A DNA stretch of 63,345 nt, filler included, from Craspedostauros australis (taxonomy: Eukaryota): assembly GCA_030167865.1 (NCBI GenBank). It is 20 parts of 20 records of this genome, joined end to end, with 100 filler letters (N's around TTAATTAATTAA, not from the genome) between each part and the next. Parts side by side here need not be neighbours in the genome. Positions count along the whole stretch, not along the records: positions 60,838 to 63,345 come from JALAGF010002403.1; 19 more parts are not named here. One strand, written 5' to 3'. Each line of letters opens with the position of its first letter. Positions within the stretch are counted from its first letter, which is position 1. A program made the position numbers and the translations under genes. Below, one piece after another: positions 61,011 through 63,345 of this stretch. The notes below the pieces were generated by a model that saw only the letters and a list, made by a program, of their open reading frames with translations, was not told the origin of the DNA and did no database searches.

Positions 61011-62182
61011 AGAGCATACATGATGCATTGCCATGAAACCTCCCGTATTCTCCGCCGATGGCGTTCATCCATGTCTGGGCGTGCCTTGGTTGCTGTCGCA
61101 TTGGAAGATTGGCGCTGACGATCTTTCCTCCGGTCTGCTGCTGGAGATCTGGACGATGATGGCACGCCATTGATCTTCGTGTCGTGCTCTTGGCCGTCGG
61201 TCTCCTCCGCCAAGGATTCTTGCAGATGCTGCTCATAATTCTGCCCATAACGCTTGACATGGCAACTGTCTTTATGATTGTTGCTGTGAATGTTGCCGTG
61301 AATGTTCTCATCGACTTCGCAGCCTTCTTCGCTGTTGCTTCCATCGTTGGCACCTGTGTGATTGTCCATAATTCGACCCGATAAATTGGTCCGGGAAGAC
61401 GTTGTCATGTTGGTGCTGGTGGCGCCTCTTGCACGATTCGAAGATGAGGAGAAGCTGTGCTTGGCGCTCTGTTGCAAGGTGTTGCGGACCTTCCTGTACA
61501 CCAGGAAGGTTGCTAGGAAGCCGGCACATGAGTGGCAGAACAGCAGGGCGATTGCGGCGCGTCCTATGCTCCTAGCTGCCTCGCCTCCTCTTTGGCACAG
61601 GACGACGTCGCCAACGTATTCGTCGTCGCCGTGCAGCAGCTCTGAGGTTGAGTTTGTGGAGACGTTGGTCGAGCAGCCGTTGGGGTACTCCACGAGGAAG
61701 CAAATGCCACCGAATTCCCAGTAGTTGATGGATTGCGTGGCCAAAGCCATAGTTTGCAGGACTGTGGCCGTGAGTATGGCTCCAATGTGCGCCAACCACT
61801 CCACCTTCCGCGCGATCTTCTCCTCTGACCATTCGAAGTGTATCTGAAAGCAGAAGTTGATGGAAATGAAAGCGCTGTAGGCGGACACCCAGCCCACGAG
61901 ACATGTAACGAAGAATCCCATCGTTGAGCAGCTGGTCTGGTTGCCCACCACTGACGGGAAGGGCGCGGCGTCTGTGGGCACCATGAACGGATGGATGATG
62001 TTGAGTGTGGAGAGGCAGATGTCGCCGATGGAGAGAAGGAACAGCGTGCGATGATGGACCTTGGCCTTGAGGTCTCCGATGACATGGTAGAGGATGAGAG
62101 ATGATCCTGTGAGGGAAAGGGTGGCGCTGATCGCGCAGATGGTCGTCAGGATGATGAACTGGACGTTTGTCAGATCACCCAT
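61011..62182 (-). CDS. G-protein-coupled receptor (Git3/cAMP-receptor-like 7TM), exon 1 (TM1 to start of TM6)
   Basis: SATLSLTGSSLI, HRTLFLLSIGD, GNQTSC..MGFF, WSEEKIARKVEW..H, CF..EYP.GC..CQRG, VYRKVR, REVSWQCIMY. Donor GTAAGT at 61010. Confidence 0.88.
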
Positions 62183-62617
62183 GATTGTGTGGCGAGAAGT
62201 ACGAAGTAGAATACGACAATGGTATGACAATGGTACGACAATGGTACGACAATGGTACTGCTATGGTACTTGCTATGGTGGGCGTGTGTGAGTGCGAGTG
62301 CGAGTGCGAGTGCCTCACTCGTCTGATGTTGCGCAGAGCGAGATAATGTGCTCAATGACTGCGTTCCCTGTGGCCGACGATGTATTGGCAATGTGTAGTC
62401 GTACGACTAGTAGTATGGTACGACTAGTAGTATAACAGCTCGTGCTGACGCAATCCCTCTCTGGAGTAGTAGTAGAATAGGTAAGATCTACACGTATTGG
62501 CTGTGAGCCGCGACGTCCAGCGGCGACCATGCGTTGTTGAGAGATGTCGGCAAATGAGCAGGAGCACTGGGATGCATCGTCGTTCTTCCCTTTTGCTGTT
62601 TCTTGTTTCTCTGTTGT

Positions 62618-62750
62618 GGTCTGATCTGTTCTGATCTGATCTGATCTGACATGATGCGCTGTGGTCTTCAGTGCTGTTGTCTTCTGACATGCTGTTGTCT
62701 TCTGACATGCTGTTGTCTTCTGACATGCTGTGGTGTGATGTGATGTGACG
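62618..62750. repeat. (TCTGA)n and 18-bp GCTGTTGTCTTCTGACAT repeats upstream of the GPCR
   Basis: Directly visible short tandem repeats. Confidence 0.85.
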
Positions 62751-63345
62751 TGGGGGTGCTACGACTACGACCACAACCATGACGATGATCTTGTGCTGTG
62801 ATACAAAGCAGGCAGCGTGAAGTCTTCCCGCCCTTCTCCTTCTCCGCCTACGTCTCTCTTTGTTGCCCTCTCTGTGCGATCTTCCATGCGCGAAGGGCCT
62901 AACATGCGAACCCCAAGGGCTCCAAACATCCGCTTTGCCAAGTTGCGGACTTGCACGTTGTACCGACACCGATGGAGTTGCCAAGATAGAATCTCCCTCG
63001 CCCTTGTTCTGTTTTCTGTCACAGCCAGGCAAACATCATGGGTTGGTCGGAACGAAAAGTCAAACGGCCGATGACACTCCCCATCGCCGGATCTCTCCGA
63101 ACAAGCAGGTCTGTGGTTCGTGTTCCGTTCTTTCCCCCAACCAGGAACACCCAACAATTTGTCCAGAATAAAGTGAAAAAAGCCAGTTTGAGTCTTACAG
63201 GACACGAATTAGAGATAAGTATTTTTTGCCACAGAAAGTTACAGATTCTGTAGGACGTGAACATTGAAGTAAGAACTTGCATCTAACGGACTATGTAGGA
63301 CATATACGGACAGACTCGACCCATTCGGACACGTACGGACAAATC

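Noticed and set aside
1..63345. tRNA/rRNA/snRNA genes and operon-like clustering of neighbouring genes
   Set aside because: No cloverleaf or rRNA-like sequence was recognised, and neighbourhoods across linkers are artificial.

Overview
Eukaryotic genomic DNA, very likely from a pennate diatom (inferred from gene-family and transposon content; species not determinable). The window is not contiguous. It is 20 short contigs joined by 19 artificial 100-nt spacers (N44-TTAATTAATTAA-N44), so adjacency across spacers means nothing. Host genes: a signal-peptide SET-domain gene, a ~3.5-kb tandem triplication carrying decayed FAD-monooxygenase copies and two RNI-like LRR genes, STAND/AAA-ATPase-TPR fragments, a DUF1800-DUF1501 fusion, a GPI-anchored repeat-domain surface protein, pantothenate kinase and ankyrin 5' ends (present twice as probable haplotigs), a receptor-type nucleotide cyclase, an RXL-motif secreted protein and a GPCR. 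Mobile DNA: three Ty1/copia fragments, a non-LTR remnant, and mariner, two Harbinger-like and piggyBac transposases. There are also several unusual repeat structures. The most interesting signal is that the two LRR paralogues are nucleotide-identical over long scaffold stretches but differ in indel-free hypervariable codon patches at LRR beta-strand/loop positions, resembling a diversifying recognition (immune-like) receptor family. Also notable are a bipartite 20-bp-repeat element with inverted dyad motifs, a foldback element built from 195-bp units, extra domains inside copia polyproteins, and CpG/transition-driven decay of several sequences. All family assignments come from motif recognition by eye; no database search was run.
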